In this document: one piece after another, positions 1-12,487 of the stretch | Layout of the letters: each line of letters begins with the position of its first letter | How positions within the stretch are numbered: the stretch's first letter is position 1 | Source of the DNA: Mobula birostris | Taxonomy: Eukaryota | Direction: 5' to 3' | DNA length: 64,000 nucleotides | Assembly (NCBI RefSeq): GCF_030028105.1 | Contig: NC_092371.1 | Location: forward strand, 190,152,031 to 190,216,030 | Position numbers and translations under genes: made by a program | Notes under the pieces: model-generated | Database searches by the model: none | Told to the model about the DNA's origin: nothing | Seen by the model: only the letters and a program-made list of their open reading frames with translations

Positions 1-204
1 CACAGCATCCCACACACAGGGGGTTTAGAGTGGGCTCGTGCCATAATCTCCCATGTTTGGCGGGGCCAGAGATTGTCTTCCCTAGACTTACGCAGCCAAG
101 GAAACCAGAGTGTTTCACATAATTGTTGTATAAATCTCAGTAAATTCACAATTTATGATGCTTCCACTGAAACCTAGTTGGCAACACTTTTACTGTGGAA
201 TACA

Positions 205-335
205 ATAAGATGCACTGATACACTAGTGCAGAACTGCATTACCAGAGGTGCTGTCTTTCAGACGGATGTTAAACTTAACCCTCATCTGCTCATTCAGCTG
301 ATTATGAAGGATCAATGGAGTTACTTGGTGCCCAT
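205..335 (+). mobile_element. Degenerate Deu-domain SINE fragment (SacSINE1/AmnSINE1-like)
   Basis: gaggtgctgtctttcagacggatgttaaac...catctgctcattcagctg...aaggatcaatgg resembles the Deu core as recalled (ggaggtgccgtctttcggatgagacgttaaacc...aaagatcccatgg). Confidence 0.55.
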
Positions 336-682
336 GTGTATTTAAGGGAATAGGAAAATAATTTTCTGCCCATGAGCATCAGTGACTCTGAAATCTGGGG
401 AAAAGACAGCATAGTAATATGTCATCTGTTTGAATGCCTACATGTGCCCGAAGCTCTTACTGTACATCACTGATACATCTCTTCTTTTGTCCTAAAGCCT
501 CTAGATTGTTGATCATTCATCATTAATGTTATTCTCACGTGATATTGTCAATCTCTTTTTAGGAGGCTGTATTTATTAGATATATGGTTCAATTACCAGA
601 ATTACTTGGCACCAACATTTCCAGGTTTGTAATTGCCAACAGACAGTGTTCATTAGTTTCTTATAGTGCTAACATCACAAGG

Positions 683-1060
683 TCCAAAGTTCAAATTTCA
701 AAGTAAAATTTATTATCAGAGTACATGCATGTCACTACATACAACCCTGAGGTTCCTTTTCCTGTGGGCCTACTTGGGAAATCTATAGAACAGTAACTGT
801 AAATGGGATCAATGAACAACAAACTGTACAAATGGAAATATAAATAAATAGCAATAAATAATGAGAGCATGAAATAACAAGATAAAGAGTCTTAAATTGG
901 GACCGCTGGTTGTGGAAACACCAGAAGTAGAATGAATGTAGTTATCCTCTTTTGTTCAAGAGCCTGATGGTTGTGGGGTAGTAACTATTTTTGAACCCAG
1001 CAGTATAAGTCCTGAAGCACTTGTACTTTCTGCCTCATGGCAGCAGAGAGAAAAGAGCAC
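683..1060 (-). mobile_element. Rex1/Babar-like LINE 3' end fragment
   Basis: ttcaaagt-type tail, aataaa on the minus strand and agcctgatggttgtggggtagtaactatttttgaacc; same 3' end type as the + strand copy at 2511-3372. Confidence 0.6.
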
Positions 1061-1267
1061 ATACCAAGGCATGCCCAAGAACTTACTGCTGGAGATTGTT
1101 AAAGTGATACACAGAAATGTGTGTTTATAGCATGATTATTGGGAGCAAACAAAGTTTGCCTTCCTACTTGCCCTTATCTCCTCATGCATTGCCTTGGGCA
1201 TGCAAAGATGCCTTACTGGGCACCGTTTCATGCTTTACCACTGGATGATCTAACACACCCTACCTGT

Positions 1268-1369
1268 GGACTTTTGGTTTCCTTTCCCTGAAGTCTAGAA
1301 TCAGATCCAATGTCTTGCTGACATTGAGTAAGAAGTTGTTGTTTAAAGTAGATCAGGCCTCCGATTTCC
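1268..1369 (-). repeat. 102-bp inverted copy of 2511-2612
   Basis: Reverse complement matches 2511-2612 with about 6 mismatches. Confidence 0.9.
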
Positions 1370-2510
1370 AGGGACATCTCCATACTTGACCTTTCCTCTG
1401 ATTCTCTCAATCCCATAAACAAGTGGGCAATTCAGCTAAATTTTTATCAAAATACATCTGCTTTGTCAAAGGTCTATGTTGTTTGTCTGGCTTACCCTCA
1501 TCAGTGGGGTCCACATGTGGCCTTGTGAATTGCTGTGTAGCTCTACTGAATACCAAAAGCAGGAGTTCTTGCTGCTGGTTTCAGCCCATAAGTTTATTTG
1601 CCTTTCAATGGATAAATAGAGATTCCTATAAATGTGGTAAATCTCATGCTTCCAGAGATCAAAATATTTTTATAGCATTTGTGGAGAAACACTTTCAAAT
1701 TTCGAAGTCTGTACCTTGCATTCCAGTGTGCAATATTTTTAACGTATTATTTTTTCATACTTCCCTTGATTCCATTTTCAATGAAGTTCTGCTTTGTAGA
1801 AATGGTCACATGAAGGATTTGATATGCCCAGAGTGAACAGGAAAGTCACATAAACAGGTACATAATATCCTTTTTCAGATTCAGACCTTTCTGCTTACTC
1901 AATGGAAACTTCTGGGTAATTTTATTTTAATTCATCTTCAGAGTTATTAAGGACGTTATTAAAATATTGAATTGGATAAAAGGAAACTGCTAAGAGCTCC
2001 ATAATAAAAACAGAACGTGTTAGAAATATTCAGCAGGTCAGGAAGCATCTGTGAGAGAGATCAGTTAACATTTCAAATTATGGTCTTAAATTAATAATGT
2101 TTCTCTTCAAGTGAATGTTCTGCCTGAGACAATCTGGCAGTTTATTTTAAAGAATAACAAAGCAGATGAGTTTCTAATGGATTTCTCCCATTCACCCAGA
2201 TATAAATCAACAGAAATACCAGAATGTATCATTTGGTTAATATCTTGTGACCAAAGTTCCCTCTCAGCTATGCGGGTGTGTACCCTCACACACCTTTTGC
2301 TGCTAGTTTCTGATGTAAATGGTGTTGATAATGTGGAATTTGCAATGACTTGTCAGCAGGTTTTAGAACTGGCTCATTTACGCTGTTTTTGTTGAAGAAA
2401 TTATTCAGTGCTCATGTGTTGTTGCACAGCACAAGATTTTTGCACACACTGGTCATTACAAATTAGAGGGAACATTTCTTGTGATCACACAAATTCTTCT
2501 ATGATCTTCA

Positions 2511-3372
2511 GGAAATCAGAGGCCTGATCTACCGTAAACAACAACCTCTTACTCAATGTCAGCAAGACATTGGAACTGATTCTAGACTTCAGGGAAAGGA
2601 AACCAAAGGTCCTTGAGCCAATCCTCATCGGAGGGTCAGAGGTGGAGAGGGTTAGCAACTTCAAATCCCTAAGTGTTATTATTTCTGAAAACCTGTCCTG
2701 GCCCAACACATAAGTGCAATTGCAAAAAGATCACTAACACCTTTACTTCTTAGGGAGTTGGCAGAGATTTGGCATGACATCTCAAACTTTGATAAGCTTC
2801 TACAGCTCTGTGACTGGCTGCGTCATAGCCTGATATGGAAACACAAATGCCCTTGAATGAAGAACCCGACAAAAAGTAATAGATATTGCCCACTCCATCA
2901 TGAAAAGCCTTCCCACCCATTGATCACATCTACATGAACGCTGTCGCAGGAAAGCAGCATCCATCATCAGGGATCCCACCACTCTCTTTTCGCTAATGCC
3001 ATTAGGAAGAAGATACAAGAGTCTCAAGACTCTCACCACCAGGTTCAGGAACAGTTGCTACCCTTCAACCGTCAGGTTCCTGAACCAACAGGGATAACTT
3101 CACTCAACTTTAGTTACCCCACTCTTCATCTCATGTTCTCAATATTTATTGCTTATTTATGTTTTATTGTTAATTCTTCTTTTGCATTTGCACAGTTTGC
3201 TGTCTTCTGCACTCTGGTTGAATGCCTTAGTTTGGGGAGTCTTTCATTGATTTTGTAATGGTTATTTTTCTATAGATTTATTAAGTATGCCCACAAGAAA
3301 AACAAATCTCACAGTTGTATATGGTGATATATCTGTACTTCGATAATAAAAATTAGTTTGAACTTTGAACTT
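2511..3372 (+). mobile_element. Rex1/Babar-like LINE, 5'-truncated (RT C-terminus + 3'UTR)
   Basis: NNLLLNVSKTLELILDFR...VERVSNFK motif, frameshifted; ends with aataaa and a (tttgaac)n tail. Confidence 0.8.
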
Positions 3373-3619
3373 TGTTCTCTTGCAAAGGAAATAACCTTTC
3401 CACCAGGTTGTCAAAGGCCAGAGGTGGTGGCAGTACAGGTTTCCTTTGTCAGAAACTCTGTGGAAGCCAGACCTTGGCTTCAGTAGGCCACTGAAGAACA
3501 TATCTGTGCAGAAGTTCAGATTATATCGAAGAGATATTCCAGTTCTATCTTGACAAAGGCCACAAATTGCTCATTGAATCTTTTAAAGTAATACAATATT
3601 ACAATCACATTTGCAAAAA

Positions 3620-4015
3620 CAAAGGTTCAAAGTTTCATTCATTACCAAAGCATGTATCCATATCTGAAATCCACCTCTACTCCAGCTAGCCATGAAACTA
3701 AGAGAAAACATGAAAGTCATTCAGAGAGAAGCATCAAACCATGTCACCCCCCCCCCCACCCCACTGCCTAAAGAATGGCATCCCAATCATCAACCCCCAA
3801 AACCCCCTCTCCCCACACAAAACAGAACAGGAACATCGATGCCCAAATTAACAATACCACCCCCACACTAAAAAAAAAACTAATGGAACACAGCAGAACA
3901 ACCCTCCCCTCACAGAACAAGAAGAAGAAGAAGAAGGAGAAGGAACAGGCAATAAAAAACACAGAATATAAAAACTGCAGGTCTGAAAAAGTCCACAGTC
4001 CATAAATGCAAACTG
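3620..4015 (-). mobile_element. Probable Rex1-like LINE 3'UTR fragment with (GAA)n run
   Basis: Starts aaggttcaaagtttcattcatt like other Rex-type tails in the window; GAA repeat at ~3920-3945. Confidence 0.4.
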
Positions 4016-4679
4016 TGCCTAGTTGGATAATGATTCAGAACAAGAGGTAAATTGTTCCATTGCGTGTCTGCTCTTTGTTCTCCAGGCATCCTCAGGCTAT
4101 TTTCCAACTAGAAACCTCTGGAGGAAGGAAACATGGTTGTACTTGAAAAAGTTATAACATTATTAATTATTTTGTGGATTCCTTCTGAAAGATGTAGTTG
4201 AGCAAGAAAAAGACGACTATATTAGAAGACAAATATTACAGTATATACTCACACAGATCCATTGAAAGCCCAAACTCTCACTCATTTCTATCCGTAATTG
4301 ACTTGCCAGAGCAAAAGCCAATTATGGTCTTTATCATCCCTTAATGTGGCATCACATACTTGGCATTGATATGTGCCCCTCCTATAACCTGCTATTTCCT
4401 GGCACTGAGTGATTTTGTCTATTGCTGAAAGATAGCTTCGTGCTAATTAGCTGCTGCAGTCTCCACATCCTGTAGGCAAAGACAACCTCAGGATTCCAGG
4501 AATGAAAGGCAGTAAATAAAAAGGATTATATACATAAAGAAAGCAGGACAGTACAGTACTCCACCTTTATTATATGTAGATTACGATGGCTGAGAGAGAT
4601 TTGTGTTTGCATGTATTACATATGGAAAATGAAATACTCAATAAAGGCGCTGCAGGAATGAACCTGGTCTTCCAATTGT

Positions 4680-4990
4680 CTTTCACTTTAATTATCTGTC
4701 CCACTCCAACTCTTTCCTGTCTATCTGTAGTCTCCTACATTGTTCTGAAAATACTCACTGTGCTTGAGAAGCAGAACTTCATTCTCTGACAGGTCAGGTC
4801 ACAAACCTTGGGACTTAATGATATCGAGTAACTCCACTTTTAATTTGTTATGCCACAAACTGTTTCTCTATCATTTTGTTCCAACTATTCTTTAGAAGGT
4901 AATAAATAACAGTTCTTTCCATTCCCCCTCTCTGTGCAAGTTAAAATATCCTTATATTTTAATTAATCATAAAAGGTCTTTAAAGCATTG
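4680..4990 (+). mobile_element. Old Penelope-like element GIY-YIG/3'UTR remnant
   Basis: Degenerate match to the LEEQHLIF..G.LQP.G.N end of the PLE ORF at 22940-23030. Confidence 0.4.
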
Positions 4991-5089
4991 ACTTGTTTAA
5001 AAGGGAACAACTAAATGTTTTGTAATAAAAACAGAAGGAGACATGGTAGCAAATAGAACTTAGCCAAATTATTGAGATGTAATTTTCTG

Positions 5090-5762
5090 CACACTAACAC
5101 AATGTCCATATCCTTCCATTTCTTGCACACCCATGTGCTTATCTAAGAGTCTGGAATGCCTTTAGAGTATTTGCCTCCAGCACCACCAGATTCATTCCAG
5201 GTTCCCACCACTTTGTGTATAAAACTTGCCCGGCACATCTCCTTTGAATTTACTCACTCTCAACTTAAATCCACTTTTGACATTTCAAGCCTGGGAGAAA
5301 GATATGACTGTTTACTCTCTGCATGCCTCCCAATCTTATAAGCATCTATCAGATCTCCCCTCAGCCCTCATTGCTCCAGAGAAAGCAACACAAGTTTGTT
5401 CAACCTCTCTTGACAGCAGATGCCCTCTAATCCACGCAGCATCCTGGTAAACCACTTCAGCACACTCTCCAAGCACTCCATTTCCCTCCCATAATGGGGC
5501 AACCAGAATTAATGCATTACTCCAGATATCAACGAACTAGAGTTTTATAAAGTTGCAACATAATTTACCAACTCTTGAACTCAATTCCTTTACTAATAAA
5601 GATAAGCATACCTTATGCCTTTTTATCATCTTATCAACCTGTGTAAGAACTTCCAGAGAGCTATGAACTTGAACTAGTTCACCCTGCACATCAAAACAGC
5701 TCAGAGTCTTGCTGTTAACATCGTACTGTCTTTTTACTTTTGATCTCCTAAAGTTCAACCCT
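5090..5762 (-). mobile_element. CR1 LINE 3' fragment
   Basis: Reverse complement of the CR1 RT C-terminus (LYKTLV..LE...QFWLPHY) and 3'UTR. Confidence 0.75.
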
Positions 5763-5769
5763 ACACTTC

Positions 5770-6548
5770 AGTTGGAATTCTTTGAGAAAATAACACAGAT
5801 AGATAAAGGAGAGACAGTGAATGTTGATTACTTGGATTTTCAAAAGGTTTTTGACATGACAGCACACGTGAGGCTACTAAACAAGATAAGTGCCCATGGT
5901 GTTACAGGAAAGACACCAGCATGGATAGAAGATTAGCTGACTGCCAAGAGGCACAGACTGAGAATAAAGGGGGCCTTTTCTTGCTGGCTGCCAGTGACTA
6001 CTGGTGTTTGGAGGGGAAGGTGTAAGGACCACTTCTTTTCATGTTATAGGTTAATGATCTGGATGTTGGAATTGATGTCTTTGTAACCAATCTGTGGATG
6101 ATTCAAAGATAGGTGGAGGAACAGGTAGTGTTGAGGAAGCAGGGATTTTGTAAAAGGACCTTGTCAGACAAGGAGAATGGGTAAAGAAGTGACAGATAGA
6201 ATACAGTGTAGGCGGTTATGCACTTTGGTAGCATAAATAAAGGCATTGACTATTTTCTAAGTGGGGAGCAAATTCAGAAATTAGAGGCGCAAAGCGACTT
6301 GGGAATGTTCATGCAGAATTCCCTAAAGGTTCACTTGCAGGTTGACTCAGTGGTAAGGAAGGCAAATGCAATATTAGCATTCATTTTAAGAGGACCAGAA
6401 TATGAAAACAAGGATGTAATGCTAAGGGTTTATAAGGCTTTGGTCAAACCACACTTGTAAGTACTGTAAGCCCCTTATTCAAGAAACGTTATGTTGGACT
6501 TTTAGAGGGTTCAGAAGGGATTCAAGAGAATGATTCTGAAAATGAAAG
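5770..6548 (+). mobile_element. CR1 LINE RT fragment (outer element of nest, 5' part)
   Basis: LEFFE..T..IDKGE...YLDFQKVFD; HFG; continues at 12488. Confidence 0.85.
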
Positions 6549-6760
6549 CGTACTCCTGCTCACCTTTCTTCCATGGTCTTCTGCCTTCTCCTGTCAGTTT
6601 CTCCCTTCTTCAGTCCTTTATCTCTTTTGCCAATCATCTTCCTCGTTCTTTACTTCACCCTTCCTCCCTCCCAGTTTCACCTATCATCTACCACCTTGTA
6701 CTTCCTCCCTTCCCCCCCCCATCCTTTTTACAGTCCTGATGAACAGTCTCAGTGTGAAAC
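6549..6760 (+). mobile_element. Penelope-like 3'UTR fragment, split in its hammerhead by a CR1 insertion
   Basis: Pyrimidine-rich UTR ending cagtc-CTGATGA-acagtctcagtgt-GAAAC; continues at 12413. Confidence 0.75.
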
Positions 6761-9150
6761 CTCAGCTCTTAGAAGCTTCCGCTTCTGTCAGAGAAAGCAA
6801 AAGAAAAGCTCTAGTTTAAGTTTTTTTTCTCCTTCCTTTCTTTATATCTGCTCAGCTAGGACAGTAGAGATGCCAAGCAGGACGGCTGAATGCTCCTCAT
6901 GCAGGATGTGGGAAGACAGGGAGACCTCCAGTGTCCCTGATGACTACAACTGCCAGAATTGCTTCTAACAATCCACAATAAGGTGTTGGAGCTGGAACTG
7001 GATGAACTCAGAATCATTCCGGAGGCTAAGGGGGTGATAGATAGGACACAGGGAGGTAGTTACACCCAAGGTGCAGCACACAGGAAACTGGGTGATAGGA
7101 AGGGCAGAAGGATTAAGGAGCCAGTGCAGAGTACCCCTTTGACCATCCCCCTCAACAACAGATATATTAATATGGATACTGTCAGGAAACAGTGGAAAGT
7201 CACAGAGGTCAGATCTCTGGCACTGACTCAGAAGGGAAAGGTGAAGAGGCACGCTGTAGTGAAAGGGGATTCATTAGTGAGGGGAATGGACAGGAGGTTC
7301 TGAGGGCAAGAGTGAGTTTCCCAGATGGTATGTTGCCTCCCAGGTGTCAGGGTCTGGGATATTTCCGATCAAGTCCTCAGTATTCTTAAGTGGGAGGGTG
7401 AACAGCCAGAGGTCATGGTCCACGTAGGTACCATTGACAAAGGCAGGATGAGTGAAGAGGTTCTGCATAGGGAGTTAGGTGCTAGGTTAAAGGAGAGGAC
7501 CTACAGGATTGTGACCTCAGGATTGCTACCTGTGCCACAAGCTAGTGGGGCCAGAACTAGGAAGATTATACAGTTTAATATATGACTAAGAAGTTGGTGT
7601 AGGAGGGAGGACATAAGACTTTGGGATCATTGGGCTCTCTTCCAGGGAAGGTGGAACCTGTACAGAAGGGATGGTTTGCACCTGAACTCGAGGGGCACTA
7701 ATATATCTAGTGGGAAAGTTTGTTAATGCTGCACGGTGGGGTTTAAACTAGAGTTGCAGGGGGATGGAAACCAGAGTGCCAGAAAGGTTAGTGGAGAGGT
7801 TGTGGGAGCAGATGTGGCTAAAACCTAGTGTGTGTGATTAGCATCCTGAGCTGCATATATTTCAATGCAAATGGTATCGTAGGAAAGGCAGATGATAGTG
7901 CTGAAGATGAAGTAGCTGATTTACAAACAGAGGCCATGTGTAGTGAGGAGAGGCTGTTGATCAGGCAAAATTGCAGTCAACAGGATGAGTTGCAACGTAA
8001 AAGGCGGACAAAATTGAAAAGAGTGAATACAAGGCTAAAGGTGTTGTATTTGAATGCCTGCAGTCCACGGAATAAGGTAGATAAACTTGCAGCACAGTTG
8101 CAGATTGGCAGCTATGATGTTGTAGTTACTGAATCATGGATAAAAGAAGATTATAGCTGAGAGCTGAATGTCCATGGATACACATTGTATTGAAAGGACA
8201 GGCAAGAAGGCAGAGGGGGAGACGTTGCTCTATTGGTAAAAAAGGGAAATCAAATCATTAGAAAGAGGTGACATAGGGTTGGAAGGTGTTGAATCATTGT
8301 GGATAGAGCTAAGGAACTGCAAGGGTAAAAAGACCCTGATGAGAGATGTATACAGACCCCCACACAGTAGTAAGGATGTGGTCTGCAAATTACAACAGGA
8401 GATAGAAAATGCATGTCAAAAAGGCAATGTTACAATAGTTGTGGGGGATTTTAATATACAGATAGATTGGGAAAATTATGTTGCTGAATTACAGGAGGGG
8501 GAATTTCTAGAGTGCCTATGAGATAGCTTTGTAGAGCAGCTTGTGGTTGAGCACACTAGGGGATCAGCTATTCTGAATTGGGTGTTGTGCGATGAGCCAC
8601 AACCATGGCTAACAAGAGACATCAAAGCCAAAGAGAGGGCATATAATAAAGCAGAAATTAGTGGAAACTTAGAGGATTGGGAAGTACTTAAAATCCAAAA
8701 GGCAACCAAGAAAAAAAATAGTCAAGGTGGTAAAGATGGAATACAAAAGTAAGCTAACCAATAATATGTCACAATGGGGTGCTGGGAACAGACCCAAATG
8801 CGAGACACAGACACTGAAATACAAGGAACAGGACTTGACTGGAGCAGGGACGTGACAGGATTCAGACTAAGAGCAGGGACAAGAATGCAGACTTGGGCTA
8901 GGGAAAGCGGGACCAGGACTAGAAGACAAGGCTTTGATTCCGAGCCTAAGACTGGACAAGGACCCAGAACCTGGGTCTTGCCTTGGGCTCGGACCCCAGA
9001 ACCAGGCAAGGACATGACATGGCTTCAGGACAGGATGTGGCTGGGGTCTAGAGACCTGAGTTTGGAGATATGCTGGGGTCTTTGCTCTCAAGGCTAGAGG
9101 CTGGGGTCTTGGTTCTTGAGCTTGGCTGCAGGCTAAGGCCTTCAGGCTTG

Positions 9151-9236
9151 GGTTCTTGGAGCCCGGCTGCAGGATCCACGAGGCATGGGTTCTTGGAGCC
9201 CGGCTGCAGGATCCACGAGGCATGGGTTCTTGGAGC
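9151..9236. repeat. 37-bp perfect tandem repeat, 2.3 copies
   Basis: Unit ggttcttggagcccggctgcaggatccacgaggcatg. Confidence 0.9.
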
Positions 9237-9419
9237 TCAGAGACAGACTGGGAACCGAACATCAACATAGAGCCGGGACTTATCCTTTAACAAGCCAGGA
9301 CTCATCTTTAACACAACACTAACATGAGACAGGACAGTACATAGACATAGAGCTGGGACTTAAACTTAGACAATCCAGGATTCAACCTCTCCACACCAAG
9401 GTGGGACAGGCCCACCTGT

Positions 9420-9680
9420 TGGGTAACAGCAGAACAGCCAGACTTACCCAACAGAGGCAAAGACAAGACATGTGTCCCCCACAGGGCAACAGCAAAACAG
9501 CCTGACTTACCCCACAGAGGCAAGGACAAGACAAGACAGATTCCCCCACAGATCAACAGCAAAATGGCCTGAATTACTCTACAGAGGTGAGGACAAGACA
9601 AGACAAGACAGGACCCCCTACAGGGCAACAGCCAAACAACCTGACATACCCCACAGAGGCAAGGATAAGAAGAGACAAAC
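9420..9680. repeat. ~60-70-bp degenerate minisatellite, about 4 copies
   Basis: Repeated caacagc..aac..cc.gacttacccc.acagaggcaaggacaagac. Confidence 0.8.
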
Positions 9681-10126
9681 ACCAAAGAACAACAGACAGT
9701 TCCATCTCTGCTCCAGGGTAGCTCTAAGTCTCAGTTCAGCCAGCAACCTCAGCTGGCTATGGAAACAGCCAGATCCCTACCTAGCTCAGAGTGGCTGGCA
9801 GCCACTCAGCTGGCCCAGGAAACAACCAAATCCATTCCACAAGAACAGCTCTGACTACTGACAGTAAGGCTCCAGGAAACAATGGTTCTCCAATACAGCC
9901 TAAAGATGACCAGTGGCCACTCTAGCCTTCCACCAGCAGATTGCTTCTAGGGGGACTAATAAGACAAACCAGCTACTCACACTCAACCCCAAGGCTACTT
10001 ATATTCCAAGCCCCAAGATGGGAATCAGGTGCCTATGATTAACTCAAACAAGGGACAGCTGGAAGACTCGGAGTCCTGAGTCCACGGACCAGACTGTGAA
10101 CTGGAATGCCGACTTCATGGACCAAA

Positions 10127-10600
10127 CCATAAGACCATAAGACCATAAGACAAAGGAGCAGAAGTCAGCCATTCGGCCCATCTAGTCTGCTCCGCCATTT
10201 TATCTTGAGCTGATCCATTCTCCCATTTAGTTCCACTCCCCCGCCTTCTCACCATAACCTTTGATGCCCTGGCTACTCAGGTGCCTATCAATCTCTGCCT
10301 TAAATACACCCAATGACTTGGCCTCCACTGCTGTCTGTGGCAACAAATTCCACAGATTCACCACCCTCTGACTAAAAAAATTTCTTCGCATTTCTTTTCT
10401 GAATGGGCGCCCTTCAATCCTTAAGTCATGCCCTCTCGTACTAGACTCCCCCATCATGGGAAACAACTTTGCCACATCCACTCTGTCCATGCCTTTCAGC
10501 ATTCAAAATGTTTCTATGAGGTCTCCCCTCATTCTTCTAAACTCCAAGGAATACAGTCCAAGAGTGGACAAACGTTCCTCATATGTTAACCCTCTCATTC
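10127..10600 (-). mobile_element. CR1 3' end inserted 8 bp from the end of the LTR-like element
   Basis: (CCATAAGA)3 tail; ORF MLKGMDRVDV..RRNFFSQRVVNLWN; CCAT present on both sides. Confidence 0.9.
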
Positions 10601-12412
10601 CCATGACATAATATTAAAGAGGATACCAAAAGTTTCTTCAAATACATAAAGTTTAAAAAAGAGATGAGAATGGATATCAGACCACTGACAAAACTAGAGA
10701 GCTAGTAATGGGGACAACAAAATGGCGGATGAATGAACTGAATGAGTATTCTGCATCAGTCTTCACTGTGGAAGACACTGGCAAAATAGTGGAAGATGCA
10801 GGTGTCGGGGCATGAAGTGTGTGAAGTTACTATTACTAGAGAGAAGGTTCTTGAGAAAATGAAAGTTCTGAAAGCAGGTAAGTCACCTGGACCAGATGGT
10901 GTACACTCCAGGGTTCTGATCGAGGTGGCCGAAGAAATCATGGAGGCATTAGTAATGATCTTTAAAGAATCACTAGATTCTGGAATGGTTCCAGAAGACT
11001 GGAAAATTGTAAATATCACTCCACTTCAAGAAGGGAAAGACAGAAGGAAGGAAACTAAGGTCAGTTAGTCTGACCTCAGTTGTTGGGCAGATGATTAAGG
11101 ATGAGTTCTTAGGGTACTTGGAGGCATATGATAAAATAGTACGTAGGCAGCATGATTTCCTCAAGGGAAAATCATGCCTAACAGATCTGTTGGAGTCTTT
11201 GAAGAAACAACAAGCAGGATAAACAAAGGAGAATTTGTTTATGTTGTGCACTTGGATTTTCAGAAGGCCTTTGTCAAGGTGCCACACATGATGGTGCTTA
11301 ACAAGCTATGAGCCCATGGAATTATAGGAAAGATTCTAGCATGGATAGAGCAGTGACTGATTGGCAGGAGACAAAGAGTGGGAATAAAGGGAGCCTTTTC
11401 TGATTGGCTGCCAGTGACTAGTGGTGTTCCACAGGGGTCTGTGTTGGGAGGGATTCTTGTTACATTATATGTCAATGATTTGGATGATGGAATTGATGAC
11501 TTTGTTGCAAAGTTTACAGGCGATATGAAGAGGCAGGTAATTTTTGAATAAGTAGCAAGGCTACAGAATTCGACAGATTAGGAGAATGGGCAAAGGAATG
11601 GCAGATGGGAATACAGTGTTGGGAAGTGTATGATTATACACTTTGGAAGAAGAAATAAGAGGATTGACAATTTTCTAAATGGAGAGAAAATACAAAAGAC
11701 GAAGGCACAAAGGAACTTGGAAGTCTTTGTGCAGGATTCCCTAAAAGTTAATTTGCAGGTTGATTCTGTGGTGAGGAAGGCAAATGTGATGTTAGCATTC
11801 ATTTCAAGAGGACTAGAATATAAATGCAAGGATGTAATGTTGAGGATTTATAAAGCACATGAGGCCTCACTTGGAGTATTGTGAGCAGTTTTGGGCCCTT
11901 ATCTTAGAAAGGATGTGCTGAAACTGGAGAGGCTTCAAAGGAGGCTCAGGAAAATAATTCCAGGATTGAATGGCTATCATATGAAGAGCTTTTGATAGTT
12001 TTGGGACTGTATTCGCAGGAATTCAGAAGAAAGAGAGGTGAACTTATTGAAACTTATCGCATAGTGATAAGCCTTGATAGAGTGGATGTGGAGAGAATGT
12101 TTCCTATGGTGGGAGAGTCTAAGACCAGAGGATATAGCCTCAGAATAGAAAGATGCCCTTTTAGAATGGAGTTGAGGAGGAACTTTAGCAAGAGAATGGT
12201 GAATCTGTGGAATTCTTTCCCACAAATTGCTGTTGAGGCCATCTTTATGTATATTTAAGGCAGAAGGTGAGTTTCTTGATTGATCAGGGCATGAATACGG
12301 GGAGAAGGCAGGGAATTGGGGCCGAGACAAACTGGATTAGCCAGGATGAAATGGCGGAGCAACTCGATGGGCTAAAAAGCCTAATTCTGTTCCTATATCT
12401 TCTGGTGTTATG

Positions 12413-12487
12413 GAAATGCTGACTGTTTACTTTTTTCTATAGATGCTGCCTGGCTTTCTGAGTTCCTCCAGTATCTTGTATGTGTTG
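12413..12487 (+). mobile_element. Penelope-like 3' terminus (continuation of 6549-6760)
   Basis: gaaatgctgactgttt...atagatgctgcctgg...tgtgttg. Confidence 0.75.

Larger units (their letters stand above)
8767..10608 (-). mobile_element. Solo-LTR-like / non-autonomous LTR element
   Basis: Termini TGTCA...TGACA; 5-bp TSD TAATA (8762-8766 and 10609-10613); splits CR1 ORF2 at KL.NN|IKEDTKSFF; TATAA on minus strand near 10000 (orientation inferred). Confidence 0.8.
6761..12412 (+). mobile_element. Near full-length decayed CR1 LINE (ORF1 Zn-finger + SGNH esterase, ORF2 APE endonuclease + RT), internally deleted and interrupted
   Basis: CSSCRMW..C..C; KGDSLVRG; VHVGT; LYLNA..RNK; YRPP; GDFN; KSPGPDG; 3' stem and tcttctggtgttatgg tail; many stops and frameshifts. 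Confidence 0.9.

Noticed and set aside
1-82. Possible minus-strand coding exon at the window edge
   Set aside because: Two frames are open, but the acceptor is weak, the sequence is truncated, and neither peptide is recognisable.
2391-2477. Possible hAT-MITE end (ttagagggaacatt)
   Set aside because: No partner TIR or TSD was found, and the match is too short to support.
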